Below are positions 7,912-18,200 of a stretch of DNA of 64,000 nt, in pieces. Under the pieces are notes generated by a model that saw only the letters and a program-made list of their open reading frames with translations, was not told where the DNA came from and made no database searches. This DNA comes from Candidatus Dadabacteria bacterium (lineage in GTDB: Bacteria; Desulfobacterota_D; UBA1144; Nemesobacterales; Mycalebacteriaceae). Numbering within the stretch: the stretch's first letter is position 1; the number at the start of each line of letters is the position of its first letter. A program made the translations under genes and the position numbers. The stretch covers positions 24,814 through 88,813 of the forward strand of contig JAPOUR010000059.1 in the NCBI GenBank assembly GCA_026708565.1, read 5' to 3'.

Positions 7912-8703
7912 ATGCCGATTGCCAAAGTGAACGGGGTGAACATTAACTACGAGGAACACGGCTCTGGAAAGCCGGTTTTCCTCATCGGAGGGCTCGGAAG
8001 CACAATATCAAGCTGGGACGACCAAATACCGGTTTACTCAAAACACTTCAAAGTCATAGTGTTTGACAACAGAGGGTCGGGCCTCTCAAGCAAACCGACC
8101 GCCCCGTATTCCACACGGGACATGGCGGACGACACAGTCGCCCTTGCCGATTTTCTGGGGATTGAAAAGGCGTCTTTTGCGGGCAAGTCCATGGGCGGAA
8201 TGATAGCGCAGTGGATAGGCATCAACCATCCCGAAAGAGTCCGGCGGCTGGTTATGGGCTGCTCAACCGCCCACAGGGACGAGGTCGGAAACCTGATACT
8301 TGAAACGGGCAGGCAAATATCCGAAAAGGCGGGCATGGGGCCCGTGTGGCTCACCGCGCTTTTCCTCGGCTACGGCAGGCAATACATTGAAGACAATCTC
8401 ACCGCCATCAAAGAGCGCCTCGCCGGTGTGCAAACCACACCCGAAGACATTGCGGGATACCACGGCCAGTGCGCGGCGTGCGAAGGGCATGAAACCGCCG
8501 GGCTTCTTCCACGTATTAAGTCGCCCTCTCTTGTTATGTTCGGGACGGAAGACAACGTTACCGACCCGAAGCGGGCGGCGGAGGTGGGGGAACTCATACC
8601 GGACGCGACCGTCCGCGCGTTTGAAGGCTGCGGGCACGGATTCTGGCGCGAAAAAAGAGAGGAAGTGGACGCCCTTGTGGTTGACTTTCTCTCAAGCGGG
8701 TAG
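7912..8703 (+). CDS. Alpha/beta-fold hydrolase
   Basis: 'VFLIGGLGSTISSW', nucleophile elbow 'GKSMGG', and a C-terminal 'GCGHGFW'. Confidence 0.8.
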   Translation: MPIAKVNGVNINYEEHGSGKPVFLIGGLGSTISSWDDQIPVYSKHFKVIVFDNRGSGLSSKPTAPYSTRDMADDTVALADFLGIEKASFAGKSMGGMIAQWIGINHPERVRRLVMGCSTAHRDEVGNLILETGRQISEKAGMGPVWLTALFLGYGRQYIEDNLTAIKERLAGVQTTPEDIAGYHGQCAACEGHETAGLLPRIKSPSLVMFGTEDNVTDPKRAAEVGELIPDATVRAFEGCGHGFWREKREEVDALVVDFLSSG

Positions 8704-8734
8704 TATCTACTTATAACAGCGGGGACTTTAGACA

Positions 8735-9163
8735 ATGATTCTCAAACACCTTTTTGCAACTTCGGGATACGCGCCCCTCATAGCGCGGGTGACTCTGGGA
8801 GTCGTGATTTTTCCGCACGGCTTCCTGAAAATTATAGAGTTTGACCAGAGTATGGCGAGCCTCACCACCTGGGCCGGATTGCCGTCCGTGGTGGCGTTTC
8901 TGGTGATAATAGGGGAATCGCTGGGCGCGGTTTCCCTGATAGTGGGCTTTCTGTCGCGTTTCTGCGCGCTGTCAATAGGCATCATAATGACGGGAGTGAT
9001 GATGATGCACCTCCAGCACGGGTTTTTTATGAACTGGCGCGGAAATCAGGCGGGCGAGGGGATTGAATACACCCTTCTCGCCATCGGTCTTGCGCTTGCG
9101 GTTACCGTTTCGGGCGGCGGCTACCTATCCGTTGACAGGCTGATAGCGCGCGCCCGCCTTTAG
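8735..9163 (+). CDS. DoxX-family membrane protein
   Basis: 142-aa hydrophobic protein with a DoxX-like topology and the N-terminal pattern 'LIARVTLGVVIFPHGFLKI'. Confidence 0.6.
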   Translation: MILKHLFATSGYAPLIARVTLGVVIFPHGFLKIIEFDQSMASLTTWAGLPSVVAFLVIIGESLGAVSLIVGFLSRFCALSIGIIMTGVMMMHLQHGFFMNWRGNQAGEGIEYTLLAIGLALAVTVSGGGYLSVDRLIARARL

Positions 9164-9169
9164 AACCCC

Positions 9170-9487
9170 TTATTCCTTTTCGGCGAGGGTCTTCTCAAGT
9201 TCCCCGTTGTGGAACATCTCCTCGCAAATGTCGCAACCGCCCACAAAGTTGCCGTCCACGTAAAGCTGGGGAATGGTGGGCCAGTTTGAAAAATCCTTTA
9301 TCCCCTGCCTTATTGCCTCGTCCCGCAGCACGTCAACAGTTTCGTAGGAAACCCCCAGCGCGTTCAGTATCTGCACCACGCGGGCGGAAAAACCGCACTG
9401 CGGCATATCCCTGCTTCCCTTCATGTATAGAAGAACGCGGTTGCCCTCCACTTGCGATTTGATTGTGCTTATTATGTCTCCTGCCAT
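9170..9487 (-). CDS. grxD: Monothiol glutaredoxin (Grx4/GrxD family)
   Basis: 'CGFS' active site and '[19 protein letters not shown]'. Confidence 0.9.
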   Translation of the reverse strand: MAGDIISTIKSQVEGNRVLLYMKGSRDMPQCGFSARVVQILNALGVSYETVDVLRDEAIRQGIKDFSNWPTIPQLYVDGNFVGGCDICEEMFHNGELEKTLAEKE

Positions 9488-9488
9488 T

Positions 9489-9722
9489 TTATCCTCCGTA
9501 TTGCCCCGGTGTGTAGGTTTTGATTGAAAGGGCGTGTATCTCCTCTCTCATTGCGTCTCCGAGCGCGGCGTAAACCATCTTGTGCCTCTCAACCGGCGTT
9601 TTGCCCTCAAATTCGCCTGATACCACGACCGCCTCAAAGTGCGCTCCGTCATCGCCGCTGACCTCAACATGGGAGGCGTTGATTGATTTTTCTATGGCGG
9701 ACTTGATGTTTTCCGGGCTCAC
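9489..9722 (-). CDS. bolA: BolA-family protein
   Basis: 77 aa with a BolA-like 'HF...VVS..F.G...V.RH' pattern. Forms the classic bolA-grx pair. Confidence 0.8.
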   Translation of the reverse strand: MSPENIKSAIEKSINASHVEVSGDDGAHFEAVVVSGEFEGKTPVERHKMVYAALGDAMREEIHALSIKTYTPGQYGG

Positions 9723-9782
9723 GGGTGGTATTATCTATTGACCGGGGCGGGATTGTCAACATTTCCGCTCCGGGCGGAAGCC

Positions 9783-10223
9783 ATGCTTGTTTCTAAAATA
9801 ATGTCGGAATCGCCCCGGACCATAAGCCGGGACGCCACCATAGAGGACGCGGCGCGCGCAATGACCGAGCGCTCCGTCAGCTGCCTGCCGGTTGTGGACG
9901 GGGACGGCAATGTGGTCGGGCTGATATCCGAAAGCGATTTCATCGGCAGGATGAGCGCCGTCCCGTTTTCCAGAGAGGAGCGGCACTCGCTGTTCGGCAT
10001 CTGGACTGAAACCCGCGACATCACAAAGGCGTGCCGGGCGGCGGCGGGGCTGAGCCTGAAGGAGTTTATGCGGACGCCGGTCATCGCCGTCGCCCCGGAC
10101 GATACCGTTGAGCGGGCGGTGGAAATGATGCTCAAGCACCGCGTCCGCCGCCTGCCCGTGGTCAAAGACGGAAAGCCCGTGGGCGTGCTTTGCAGGAGAG
10201 ACCTGCTGAAGGTCTTTCTGTAG
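9783..10223 (+). CDS. CBS-domain pair protein
   Basis: Two CBS motifs ('CLPVVDGDGNVVGLISESDF' and 'RRLPVVKDGKPVGVLCRRDLL'). Confidence 0.8.
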   Translation: MLVSKIMSESPRTISRDATIEDAARAMTERSVSCLPVVDGDGNVVGLISESDFIGRMSAVPFSREERHSLFGIWTETRDITKACRAAAGLSLKEFMRTPVIAVAPDDTVERAVEMMLKHRVRRLPVVKDGKPVGVLCRRDLLKVFL

Positions 10224-10242
10224 TTCCGGCGGGAGCGGCCGC

Positions 10243-11638
10243 GGTGTATCCCAGAGTTGTAATAGCGGGCGAGCGGAGCGGATGCGGGAAAACGACCGTT
10301 TCCCTCGCCGTAATGTCCGCCCTGTCCGCGCGCGGGCTCACCGTTCAGGGTTTCAAAACCGGGCCAGACTACATAGACCCGTCCCACTACGAAGCCAGAA
10401 CGGGCAGAAAGGGCAGAAACATAGATTTGTGGATGACAGAGCCGCAAGACTGCCTTGAACTGTTTTTGAAAAACTCATCGGGCGCTCACATCTCGGTTAT
10501 AGAGGGGGTTATGGGGCTGTATGACGGAGCGCGCCCGGACGGCAGGGCGTCCGCCGCCCATACGGCGAAATTCCTCCGCGCCCCCGTGATACTGGTGCTG
10601 GACGGCATGCGCGGCCCCTCGTCCGCCGCCGCGACCGCGCTGGGGCTCAAGATGTTTGACCCGGAGGTGAACATAGCCGGGTTTATTCTCAACCGCGCCG
10701 CGCCTGCGGACGCGGCGCGCGCGGCGCGCGCGGTTGCCGCCGCGACCGGCATTTCCTATCTGGGCTTTCTTCCCCCGGACGGAGATCTGGAGACCCCGTT
10801 CAGACACCTTGGGCTTGTGCCCGCCAACGAAGCCCCGCCCGGCGGGCGGAAACTGGAGGCCGAGCGTCTCGCCGCAAGCCGTCTTGACATGGGGCTTATT
10901 GAGAAAATTGCCCGCTCCGCCCCCGCCCCGCCCCCGGCGCAAAGCCGTCTTTTTCCCCCCTCGCCCCGCCCGCAGCGCGCCCGCCTCGCCGTCGCCCGCG
11001 ACAAGGCGTTTTCCTTTTACTACGAAGACACCCTTGACCTGCTCTCCCTCTGGGGCTGCGAGGTCGCGCCGTTTTCCCCGGTGTCGGAAGAGCGGCTGCC
11101 CGAAGGGGCGGACGCCCTTTACATAGGCGGCGGGTTTCCCGAGGTTTACTGTGAGGAACTTGAGGCCAACAGCCCGATGAGGGAGGCCGTGAGGGATTTC
11201 TGCCTCTCCGGCGGCGCGGTTTACGCCGAATGCGGCGGGATGATGTATCTGGGCTCAAGCATCACCGATTTGCGCGGACGCGATTTTGAAATGTGCGGCG
11301 CGGTCGGCGGGGGTTTTCTCATGCGCGGCAAACTCCAGTCCATCGGCTACAGAGAGGTGGTCGCGTCCGGAGACGCGGGGTTTTTCCGCCGTGGCGACAC
11401 CGAAAGGGGGCATGAGTTCCACTACTCGTCCGCCGCCGGAGACGCGGGCGGGTTTTTCAACGTTACAAACTCTGCGGGCGACCGCTCCGGGGCGGGCGTG
11501 CGCCTTTGCAACACGGTTGCCTCATACGTCCACCTGAGCCTTGTTTCATCCGGAATTGCCGCCCGCGCCGCCGACCGAATCAAACCCGAAGCGGGCGAGC
11601 CTGAAGCAGGCAAACCTGAAGCGGGGGCGTGCGGGTGA
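10243..11638 (+). CDS. cbiA: Cobyrinate a,c-diamide synthase (CbiA/CobB)
   Basis: 'RVVIAGERSGCGKTTVSLAVMSAL', '...GFKTGPDYIDPSHY', and a C-terminal glutamine amidotransferase region. Confidence 0.85.
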
Positions 11639-12702
11639 GTTTTGTTCCGCGCGCCGCGCCGCCCTTTCACGGCGGGCTTGACCACGGGGAGATAAGAGCC
11701 CTCGGCCTTGACCCGCTTGAAATCGCCGATTTTTCAAGCAACCTGAACCCGTTTTTCCCGTCTTCAGAACTGCTCGCGGGCGCGTGCGCCGGTTCGTCCG
11801 CCTATCCCGATGCCGGATACTCGGAGCTTCGCGCCACCATAGCCCGTTTTCACGGGGCCAGCGCAGACTGTGTTTTCGCCGGAAACGGCGCGTCCGAGAT
11901 AGTTCACCTGCTCTGCCGCTGCCTCAGGGGGGGGGAGACCGTTCTGGTGGCCGTGCCGACTTTTTCCGAATACGAAAGGGCGGCGTTGATTTGCGGGGCG
12001 CGCGTTGTCCGGTGCGCCGCCGGAAAAGATTTGCGTTTCAACCCGTCCGCGCTTGTCCGCGCCATAAAACGCCACCGCCCGGCGCTTGTTTTTCTCTGCA
12101 ACCCGAACAACCCCACGGGGTTGCTTATGCCGGACGGCGGCACGGAGGAGGTCGCCCGCGAGGCGGGGGGCGCGGTGCTGGTTATAGACGAGTCGTATGC
12201 GGACTTCACGGAGCGGCGGTGCGATTCAACCCCGCTTGCCGCCCGTGGCGGCGCGGTTGTCATCCGCTCGCTCACGAAGTTTTTCGGCCTCGCGGGCGTC
12301 AGGATGGGCTATGCGGTTTCAAGCCCCCGGATAACCGCCGCGCTGAACAGCGTCCGCCCGCCGTGGAACGTCAACTCGGTTGCCTGCCGCGCGGCGGAAA
12401 AGGTGTTTTCTCTTCCGCCGTCCGCTCGCGAAGAGAGCCGCCGCCGCCTTTTTGCCGCAAGAGACCGCCTCATAAAACGGCTTGCCGGGGCGGGCAAAAC
12501 GTGCCTTCCCACGGACACGGGGTTTTTCCTCGTCAAGCAGCCTGACGCGCGCGGCACAAGAGACCGGCTTCTCAAAAAAGGGGTCGCCGTGCGGGACTGC
12601 GCCTCTTTCGGGCTGCCGTCCCACATACGCATAAGCGCGATGCCGGAGCGGGATTGTGAAAAACTTCTCAAGGCATGGGCGGAGGCGGACGGTGAAGGCT
12701 AA
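11629..12702 (+). CDS. cobD: Threonine-phosphate decarboxylase CobD (class I/II aminotransferase fold)
   Basis: 'SSNLNPFFPS...AYPDAGYSELRATIARFHG' is CobD/HisC-like. It has a GTG start overlapping the cbiA stop, and lies between cbiA and cobQ. Confidence 0.75.
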   Translation: MRVSFVPRAAPPFHGGLDHGEIRALGLDPLEIADFSSNLNPFFPSSELLAGACAGSSAYPDAGYSELRATIARFHGASADCVFAGNGASEIVHLLCRCLRGGETVLVAVPTFSEYERAALICGARVVRCAAGKDLRFNPSALVRAIKRHRPALVFLCNPNNPTGLLMPDGGTEEVAREAGGAVLVIDESYADFTERRCDSTPLAARGGAVVIRSLTKFFGLAGVRMGYAVSSPRITAALNSVRPPWNVNSVACRAAEKVFSLPPSAREESRRRLFAARDRLIKRLAGAGKTCLPTDTGFFLVKQPDARGTRDRLLKKGVAVRDCASFGLPSHIRISAMPERDCEKLLKAWAEADGEG

Positions 12703-12709
12703 AACCCTG

Positions 12710-14194
12710 ATGATTCAAGGCACGGCGTCTCACGCGGGCAAAAGCGTCATAGTTGCCGGCATATGCCGGGCTCTTGTGAGAAAAGGGCTGTCTGTCGCCC
12801 CGTTCAAGTCGCAGAATATGAGCCTCAACTCTTTTGTAACCGATGACGGCTCCGAGATAGGCAGGGCTCAGGCAATGCAGGCCGAAGCCGCCCGGACGCC
12901 CCCGCTTGCGGATATGAACCCCGTATTGCTTAAGCCCGCCGGGGAGGACCTGTCGCAGGTGATGGTTATGGGCAGGCCGGAGGGGCACATGAGTTTTGAA
13001 CAATACGGCAAGTTCCGCCCGCGCGCTCTGGAGGCCGTGCGCGCCTCGCTCGGGCGGCTTATGAGCGGCTTTGATGTTGTGGTTATAGAGGGGGCGGGGG
13101 CGGCGGCGGAGATTAACCTTGCCCGGACAGAGATAGTGAACATGTCGGTCGCCCGTCTTGCGGACGCCCCCGTTCTTCTTGTCGGAAACATAGACAGGGG
13201 CGGGGTTTTCGCCTCGCTCGCCGGGACTTTTGAACTGCTTGACCCCGAAGACAGGGAGCGCGTCAGGGGGATGATAATCAACCGGTTCAGGGGAAACATC
13301 TCGCTTCTTTCCGGCGGATTGAAATTTCTTGAGAAAAAAACCGGCAGGCCGGTTCTCGGGGTCGTGCCCCATATTGACGGGCTTTTTCTTGACGATGAAG
13401 ATTCGGTGTCCCTTGACGATGACCGCCCGCCCCGTCCGGGAGACTTGAAGGTGTGCGTGCCCCGGCTGCCGCGCATTTCAAATTTCACCGACCTCCGCCC
13501 GCTTGAAATGGAGGACGGCGTTGCCGTCTCCTACGTCCGCTCGCCCGCCGGTATGGAGGGCGCGGACGCGGTGGTTGTCCCCGGAAGCAAGGCTACGATG
13601 GAGGATTTGAAGTTTTTCAAACAAAGCGGCATGGCCTCCGCCGTCCGCCGCCTCTGCGGGGCGGGAATTCCCGTAATCGGCATTTGCGGCGGCTACCAGA
13701 TGATGGGATCGGTTCTTGCCGACCGGGGGGCGTTTGACTCCACCGCCGGAGAGGAGGAGGGGCTGGGAGTTTTCGCCGCCCGCACGGAAATGGAGGAGGC
13801 AAAGACACTTGAGAGGACCGAAGCAGTTGTAAAAAACGGGGGCGCGGTTTTCGCGGCGATTGAAGGGGAGCGGGTGTCGGGATACGAAATACACATGGGG
13901 CGGACGCGGCTTGAGGAGGGGGGCAGGCCGTTTCTCTCCCGCCCGGACGGCTCTGCGGACGGCGCGGTGAGCGGGCGGGGCAATGTTTACGGGACTTACC
14001 TTCACGGCATCTTTGAGAATGACAACCTGAGGGGCGAGTTTGTGCGTTATTTGAGCGAAAAAAGGGGGGCGGACGCCCCGGCGGCGGAAAGTTTCGCCCT
14101 CAGGAGGGAAAAACAATACGACCTGCTCGCCGACCGCATTGAGAAAAGTTTGGATATGGACGCGGTGATGAGTATTGTTTTCAACCGCAAATGA
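12710..14194 (+). CDS. cobQ: Cobyric acid synthase CobQ/CbiP
   Basis: 'MIQGTASHAGKSVIVAGICRAL' is the N-terminal CobQ signature. The C-terminal GATase domain contains 'IPVIGICGGYQMMG'. Confidence 0.9.
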   Translation: MIQGTASHAGKSVIVAGICRALVRKGLSVAPFKSQNMSLNSFVTDDGSEIGRAQAMQAEAARTPPLADMNPVLLKPAGEDLSQVMVMGRPEGHMSFEQYGKFRPRALEAVRASLGRLMSGFDVVVIEGAGAAAEINLARTEIVNMSVARLADAPVLLVGNIDRGGVFASLAGTFELLDPEDRERVRGMIINRFRGNISLLSGGLKFLEKKTGRPVLGVVPHIDGLFLDDEDSVSLDDDRPPRPGDLKVCVPRLPRISNFTDLRPLEMEDGVAVSYVRSPAGMEGADAVVVPGSKATMEDLKFFKQSGMASAVRRLCGAGIPVIGICGGYQMMGSVLADRGAFDSTAGEEEGLGVFAARTEMEEAKTLERTEAVVKNGGAVFAAIEGERVSGYEIHMGRTRLEEGGRPFLSRPDGSADGAVSGRGNVYGTYLHGIFENDNLRGEFVRYLSEKRGADAPAAESFALRREKQYDLLADRIEKSLDMDAVMSIVFNRK

Positions 14195-15246
14195 GCATCC
14201 TCACGCGCAAGATTCCCATAACGGTTGTTACCGGCTTTCTCGGCGCCGGAAAAACCACGCTTGTCCGCAGCCTGCTCACCGGCGCGGCGGGGCGGCGCAT
14301 AACGGTTATCGTCAACGAGTTCGGCGACGTGGGCATTGACGGCGAGATCATCCGCTCGTCCTGCGGCTGTGAGGAGGGTGATATTGTTGAACTCAGCAAC
14401 GGCTGCCTTTGCTGCACGGTTCAGGAGGAATTTCTGCCGGTGATGAAAAAACTTGCCGACAGAAAGGGCGACATAGACCACATAGTGGTTGAAACCTCCG
14501 GGCTTGCGCTACCGAAACCCCTTGTCCGCGCCGTGAACTGGCCCGGTCTCAGGCCGCATTTTTCAGTTGATGCCGTGGTTACGGTGGTTGACGCGGCGGG
14601 CGCGGCCACCGGGGAAATATGCGACAGAAAAAAGGTTCAGGCGCAACGCGAGGCGGACGATTCCCTTGACCACGAGACCCCCATAGAGGAGCTTTTTTCA
14701 GACCAGCTCTCGTGCGCGGACATGGTTGTTCTGAACAAGACCGACCTTGTGGAGGGCGCGGAACTTGCAGGTGTTGAGGAAGGCTTGAAGGGCGCGATGA
14801 GGCCGGGCGCCCCGGTGGTGAGGGCGCGCATGGGGGAGGTTTCCCCGGACATACTGCTGGGAATCGGAGCCGCCGCCGAGGATGATTTGGACTCCCGGCG
14901 CTGCGTTCACGAGGAAAAACACGAAAGCGGGGAAGAGCACGGGCACGATGACGACATAGATTCGGTGGTGGTGGAAATAGATTCGGACGCCTCGCCGGAG
15001 CGGCTTGTGGAGGCGCTGAAAAAAACCGCGCGCGAGAATGAAATCTACAGAGTCAAGGGCTTTATGCGGGTTTCCGGCAAGCCGATGAGAATGCTTATTC
15101 AGGGGGTCGGCGAGAGGTTTGACGGATATTATGACAGGGCGTGGCTTGCGGGCGAAACCCCGAAAACCCGTCTGGTTTTTATCGGAAGAAAACTCTCCGC
15201 GCTGAACATCGGTGAGACAGTGGAAAAACATCTGGCGCAAAATTAA
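14191..15246 (+). CDS. cobW: CobW / G3E-family metallochaperone GTPase
   Basis: 'ITVVTGFLGAGKTTLV', 'GCLCCTV', and a His-rich segment 'HEEKHESGEEHGHDDD'. Sits between cobQ and cobN. Confidence 0.85.
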   Translation: MSILTRKIPITVVTGFLGAGKTTLVRSLLTGAAGRRITVIVNEFGDVGIDGEIIRSSCGCEEGDIVELSNGCLCCTVQEEFLPVMKKLADRKGDIDHIVVETSGLALPKPLVRAVNWPGLRPHFSVDAVVTVVDAAGAATGEICDRKKVQAQREADDSLDHETPIEELFSDQLSCADMVVLNKTDLVEGAELAGVEEGLKGAMRPGAPVVRARMGEVSPDILLGIGAAAEDDLDSRRCVHEEKHESGEEHGHDDDIDSVVVEIDSDASPERLVEALKKTARENEIYRVKGFMRVSGKPMRMLIQGVGERFDGYYDRAWLAGETPKTRLVFIGRKLSALNIGETVEKHLAQN

Positions 15247-15264
15247 TTTTGCCTCTTTGCCGTC

Positions 15265-18200
15265 ATGCACCTTATAGCGACCATACCGGGGGGGTGGAGT
15301 CCCGGGGACGGCGGCGGAGTTTTTTCCGTTGAGCAGACCCCGGGCGACATGGTTTTCCTTTCCGCGGCGGACACAGACATACTCTGCATGAATTCCGCAT
15401 ACAGGGAAATTCTCTCAAGCGAAAAACATATTCCCTCCCTCCGCATGGCAAATCTCGCCCACCTTAAACAGGAGGCGTCCGCGGACGGATATATTGATTC
15501 CGTGGTCGGCGGCGCGCGGCTGGTGGTTGCGAGAATGCTCGGAGGCAGAAACTACTATCCTTACGTTTGCGACTCCCTTTGCGCGGAATGCAAAAAAAAT
15601 AACACCCCGCTCGTTTTTCTCCCCGGAGATGACAGCCCGGATGCGGGACTCATGTCTTTGTCAACCGCTCCTCCGGACTGGACTCGCGCCGCATGGGATT
15701 ATTTTTCCTCCGGCGGAACGGAAAACTGCGGGAATTTTCTCAGGCTGGCGTTTAACACTTTTTTCGGTTTTTCCCTGAAAGTCTCCCCGCCGCGAAAAAC
15801 CCCGGACATATTTCTGTTTGACGAATTTGAAAAACCCGCAAATAAAAAGGCATCCGCGGCGATTGTCGCCTACAGAAGCCTTTATCTTTCGGCAAACTTG
15901 TCGCCTATGGCATCGCTGGCGCGCGCCCTTGCCTCCCTCGGCATCGCCTCCCGCGCGATTTTTGTTAAAAGCCTCAGGGAGCGCGAAGATGTTCTCGCCC
16001 TTGAAAACGCGCTTTCCGGAGGCGGGTTTGACATTATATTCAACGCCACCAGTTTCGCCCTGAAGGGCGCGGCGGACGGCGGAGATTTTATTTTTGAAAA
16101 AATAAAACTGCCGGTTTTTCAGGCGGTTTTCGCGTCATGCGCGCAAGAGTCATGGAGGGAAAACCTTTTCGGGCTTTCCCCGACCGACATGGCGATAAAC
16201 ATTTCCCTTCCGGAAATGGACGGGAAAATTGACGCGGGCCCCGTCTGTTTCAAGCGCGCGCTGGAAAAAGACCCGGCAACGGATTCGGAAATAGTCGCTT
16301 TCGCCCCCTACGAGGACGGTTGCCGCCGTGCGGCGGCCCTTGGAGACGGCTGGCTTTCGCTCGCAAAAAAAGACAACGCCCGGAAAAAAATAGCCCTGAT
16401 AATGCCAAACTATCCCTCGCGGGACGGGCGGCTCGCAAACGGCGTGGGGCTTGACACGCCGCAGAGTTGCGTCCGCATTCTGGAGGCGCTTGCGCGGGAC
16501 GGTTACCGCCTCGGCGGCGAGTTTCCGCTTTCGGCCCCAGAACTTATGGACGCCATCGCGAGCAGGGTTACCAACGAGCCGGATTTTATGAACGTGAGGG
16601 AAAGCGAAATTTTTCTGCCGCTGGCGGATTTTCTCTCCTGCTACCGCCTGCTGCCCGAAAGCATGCGCGGGCGCATTGAGGCGCAGTGGGGCGCGCCGGA
16701 AAAAGACCCCCGTCTTTGCGGCGGCGGGTTTCCGCTTCCGGGGATAATGTATGGAAACGTATTTGTTTCCATACAGCCGGAGCGCGGCTACGGACAGGAT
16801 ACAAAAGCGGTTTACCACTCGCCGGACATCCCGCCGCCCTTTCGTTATCTTGCGTTTTATTTCTGGGTTTTCCGGCGGTTCGGCGCGGACGCCGTGGTTC
16901 ATCTCGGCAAACACGGAAATCTTGAGTGGCTTCCGGGCAAAAGCGTGGCTCTTGACCCTGAAACCTGTTTTCCCGCGGCCGTTTTCCCTCCGGTTCCGCA
17001 TTTTTACCCGTTCATCGTCAACGACCCCGGCGAGGGCTCTCAGGCAAAGAGGCGGGCGCACGCCGTAATCATAGACCATCTGATCCCCCCGATGGTTCGC
17101 GCCGGGGGCTACGGCGACTACTTGCGCCTTGAGCAACTTCTGGACGAATACTATCAGGCGTGGGGGCTTGACCCCGCAAGGGCGGAGTTTCTGAAAGAGG
17201 AGATAGCGCAGGTCGTGGAGAAAACCCGCATCCATGAAGACCTCGGCTGTCCGGCGGACGACTTGGACGAGGTTATGGCGCGGCTGGACGCCTATCTGTG
17301 CGAAATCAAGGAGTCTCAAATACGCGGCGGACTGCACATCCTCGGACAGCCTCCGGAGGGAGAGCCGCTTGCCGAACTGCTTGTCGCCCTTCACAGGATC
17401 GGCGCGGGGGAGCTTCCCGGAATAACGCAGGCGCTCGCAAGCGACATGGGACTCAGTTTTGACCCGGTTGACTGCGATTACGGGTCTGCTTTCAGCGGCA
17501 AAGTGGGAGAGAAAACCCCCAGAACTCTGGGCGCGGCGGTGGAGGAACTTGAGGAGATGGCAAAAACCGCCATGGAGCGCGCGGTTGCGGGCCGCTCCGC
17601 CGGGTGTGTTGACAGGGGAAAATTTCCCGCCTTTGCGTCCGTCTGCGAGGCGGCCCTCCGCGACACGCTTCCCCGCTTGGAGCGGTGCCCGGACGAGATT
17701 ACAAACCTGCTTGCCGGTCTGCGCGGGCTTCATGTGCCGTCCGGGCCTTCGGGCGCGCCCACCAGAGGAAGGCCGGACATCCTGCCCACGGGGAGAAATT
17801 TCCATTCCCTTGACACAAGGGGGCTGCCCACACGCGCCGCGTATGCCCTCGGCAAAAAAAGCGCCGAAGCCCTCATTGCGCGCCACCTTCAGGACAGCGG
17901 CGAGTTTCCGGCCGCGGCGGGCATCTCGGTCTGGGGAACATCAACCATGCGCACGGGCGCGGACGACATCGCGCAGGCGTTCGCGCTGATGGGGCTGCGC
18001 CCCGTGTGGCAGGGCGAGAGCGGCAGGGTGACGGATTTTGAGGTTGTTTCCCTCACGGAACTCGGCAGGCCGCGCGTGGATGTTACCCTGAGAATCTCCG
18101 GCTTTTTCAGAGACGCTTTTCCCGACCTGATATCGCTTTTCAACCATGCGGTTGACAAGGTTGCGGCAATGGATGACGAGCCGCCGGAAATGAACCCGCT

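Noticed and set aside
9731-10447. 238-aa minus-strand ORF, together with many similar antisense ORFs (e.g. 10475-10942, 12668-13372, 13478-14116, 16150-17886, 50215-51867)
   Set aside because: These are typical high-GC antisense open frames overlapping well-supported genes (CBS, cbiA, cobQ, cobN, acyl-CoA synthetase). They have Arg/Pro/Gly-rich low-complexity translations and no motifs.
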